18,833 nucleotides of DNA, taken from Candidatus Fraserbacteria bacterium (lineage in GTDB: Bacteria; Bipolaricaulota; Bipolaricaulia; RBG-16-55-9). Position 1 is the first letter of the stretch, and each line of letters opens with the position of its first letter. A program made the position numbers and the translations under genes. The notes below the pieces were generated by a model. It ran no database searches and was not told the origin of the DNA. It saw only the letters and a list, made by a program, of their open reading frames with translations. Positions 17,152 to 18,833 of this stretch are shown piece by piece. Location: assembly GCA_037442925.1 (NCBI GenBank), contig JBBIPG010000046.1, positions 1 to 18,833 of the forward strand. Direction: 5' to 3'.

Positions 17152-17802
17152 ATGCCGATAAAGTGGGATGATTTCGGCCATCTCCCCTGCTGCCCCAAGC
17201 AGATCAATTATCAAGCGAGCGAGGTGATCTACTGCTCCGGCGACGCTGCGGATCAGATCTATCGCATCCATCGCGGCAAGGTGAAGCTCTCTTATCTCGA
17301 TGGGAGCGGCAGACGGTTGACCGTAGCCATCTTGGGTCCAGGGGAAGTCTTCGGGGAATCGGATCTATTACCTGGAGAGGAGCATCGCTTCTTCGCCGAG
17401 GCTTGGGAGGACGCCTGCATCTGTCCCATCGAGCTGAGGCAACTACGGGAACGCTGGCGTGAGGATTCGGAGCTGATCTTGGAAATGCTGCGGATCTTGG
17501 GGCAGCATGAGCACAAGCTGCTCAAGAAGCTCGTTCGCCTGCACTTCCAGAGTGTGCCACAGCGGATCGCCCGAGAGCTTTTAGAGTTGGCCCAGAAGTG
17601 GGGTGAACCCTCAGCAGAAGGCGTTGCAATTTACATCACTCACCAAGAGCTGGCCTATCTCATCGGTGCAGCTCGAGAGACGACTACGGCAGCGCTGGAC
17701 TGCCTGGCGCAAGAGGGGCTGTTGGATACCGGCCATGGCCACTCTCAGGGCAAGATCGTGCTCCTAGATCTTTTGGGATTGCGCGCGGTGGCCGAAGAAT
17801 GA
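17152..17802 (+). CDS. Crp/Fnr-family transcriptional regulator
   Basis: cNMP-type barrel (IY.SGD.ADQIYRIHRGKVKL, LGPGEVFGE) and HTH ITHQELAYLIGAARETTT. Six Cys including an N-terminal CC. Confidence 0.93.
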   Translation: MPIKWDDFGHLPCCPKQINYQASEVIYCSGDAADQIYRIHRGKVKLSYLDGSGRRLTVAILGPGEVFGESDLLPGEEHRFFAEAWEDACICPIELRQLRERWREDSELILEMLRILGQHEHKLLKKLVRLHFQSVPQRIARELLELAQKWGEPSAEGVAIYITHQELAYLIGAARETTTAALDCLAQEGLLDTGHGHSQGKIVLLDLLGLRAVAEE

Positions 17803-17866
17803 CGCCTCGTTCCTGCTAGGGAGATCCGCAGCAAGAAGACCCGGAGTCGCTGGACGAGCGTGTGAG

Positions 17867-17911
17867 CTGTAAGAAAGCTTACAGACTTCTTAGCGAGAAG
17901 GATGGTACGAT
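17867..17911 (+). promoter_or_regulatory. Crp/Fnr-type palindrome plus extended -10 (class II-like activated promoter)
   Basis: CTGTAAG-AAAG-CTTACAG (17867-17884) followed by TGgTACGAT (17903-17911). No good -35 hexamer. Confidence 0.65.
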
Positions 17912-18009
17912 GAAAAGTGCGCGGTGGATGAGAGAGGCGATCATCAGAGAAAGTGTCTTCCCCTCTCACCAGGCTGGTCCCATCTCTCTATGGAGAGGAG
18001 GTGAGCCCC

Positions 18010-18312
18010 ATGGCCAAGCCGAAGCTCGAGGAGTTCCTCCAGCTACAGACAGAGCTGGCCCGCGTGCAGGAGCGCTTTGCCACACTCGAAGTGGCCGCGG
18101 AGGACTGCTGCAAGGGCGCGCTCCGAGCTACAGAGCTGGCAGCGAAGGTCGAACCGACGGCTCTTGCCGAGCCGGAGTTGCGCACCCAAGCAGAAAACTT
18201 GCGCAAGGCTGCCCAACAGCTGAAGGGCTTCGAGCAGACCCTGCGCACTCAAATAAGAGAGCTGCGCGAGCCGCTCATACAACTGGAGGCCTTTGGCCTC
18301 AAGCGAGAGTAG
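18010..18312 (+). CDS. small helical/coiled-coil hypothetical protein (100 aa) with a central Cys-Cys
   Basis: Strong SD GAGGAGGTG before ATG 18010, Leu/Ala/Glu heptad-like pattern, AEDCCKG. Confidence 0.8.
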   Translation: MAKPKLEEFLQLQTELARVQERFATLEVAAEDCCKGALRATELAAKVEPTALAEPELRTQAENLRKAAQQLKGFEQTLRTQIRELREPLIQLEAFGLKRE

Positions 18313-18366
18313 CCCCATCCTATCGTGCCTCCTTTCCCTCGCGCCCTGCCTCCACATCACCGCTTG

Positions 18367-18404
18367 GCAGCCCCCGGCCCAGGCCCCCTGGAGTCGGGGG
18401 CTGC
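18367..18404 (+). other. long GC-rich intercistronic stem-loop
   Basis: GCAGCCCCCGGCCCAGG (18367-18383) pairs with CCTGG-A-GTCGGGGGCTGC (18387-18404): 17 bp with one G-U pair and one bulge. Confidence 0.7.
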
Positions 18405-18439
18405 GGCTATTCTCTGGAAGAGAAGGAGGATGATTCCTT

Positions 18440-18833
18440 ATGATGACCGATGAAGAGCGCCGCGAGAAGGAAGCCCTCAAGGAGCGCCTTCTGGCCCAGC
18501 GGCAAAAGATCGTCGCTCAACTTGAAGCTGAGCGCGGGACGAAAGTCATCACTCTCATCCACCGACGGGAACCATGGTCAGAAGACGATGACTCGATCAC
18601 AATTGAAGACAGTGAATTCGTGCTCATGGAGATCCATAAGACCCCTGAAGATAAACCCCTGGATCTCATCATCCACACGCCCGGGGGAATCATCCTCTCG
18701 GCGGAGATGATTGCCATGGCCCTCAAACACCACGAGGCGAAAGTGACGGCTATCGTCCCCTTCTATGCCCTGAGCGGTGGGACGCTGATCGCTCTGGCAG
18801 CGGATGAGATCTTGATGGAGAAATTTTCCATCT
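18440..18833 (+). CDS. ClpP-fold serine protease, SDH_sah-like (truncated at window end; absent from the ORF track)
   Basis: AGGAGG SD. My translation gives MMTDEERREKEALKERLLAQRQKIVAQLEAERGTKVITLIHR...ITIEDSE...LDLIIHTPGG...VPFYALSGGTLIALAADEILM. Confidence 0.9.
   Translation, partial: MMTDEERREKEALKERLLAQRQKIVAQLEAERGTKVITLIHRREPWSEDDDSITIEDSEFVLMEIHKTPEDKPLDLIIHTPGGIILSAEMIAMALKHHEAKVTAIVPFYALSGGTLIALAADEILMEKFSI

Noticed and set aside
17861..17876. Canonical CRP site starting at TGTGA 17861
   Set aside because: There is no TCACA-like second half-site. The TGTAA/TTACA palindrome is the symmetric element.
17862..18443. 193-aa plus-strand ORF, and the extension of the coiled-coil ORF to 17953
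   Set aside because: The long ORF is low-complexity, overlaps the promoter and the real gene, and has no SD. The strong SD points to ATG 18010.
18450..18726. Listed ORFs 18450-18710 (+) and 18517-18726 (-)
   Set aside because: They are off-frame or antisense to the protease CDS starting at 18440.

Overview
Bacterial window with two halves. Bases 1-10440 are housekeeping: a minus-strand operon (miaB, CBS protein, ispG, small membrane protein, GT2 glycosyltransferase, glyA), then plus-strand acyl-CoA dehydrogenase, pyrG, an lptC-like gene and lptB, then a convergent lgt. Several clear sigma70-type promoters are visible. A short low-complexity inverted repeat (10464-10537) marks the junction. 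From 10547 runs a co-directional, non-canonical organomercury/heavy-metal cluster: ArsR/SmtB repressor with its operator, merA (no NmerA domain), TlpA-like thioredoxin, CcdA, a Met-rich membrane protein, an anchored beta-propeller, a Tat-signal protein split by one in-frame TGA, merB, a Crp/Fnr regulator, a palindrome-containing class II-like promoter, a small coiled-coil protein and a truncated ClpP-fold (SDH_sah-like) protease. No merR, merT or merP is recognisable. Six cluster proteins carry vicinal Cys-Cys pairs. All calls come from motifs read by eye; no database search was run. Lineage is only an impression (deep-branching bacterium, possibly Bipolaricaulota-like) and is not established.
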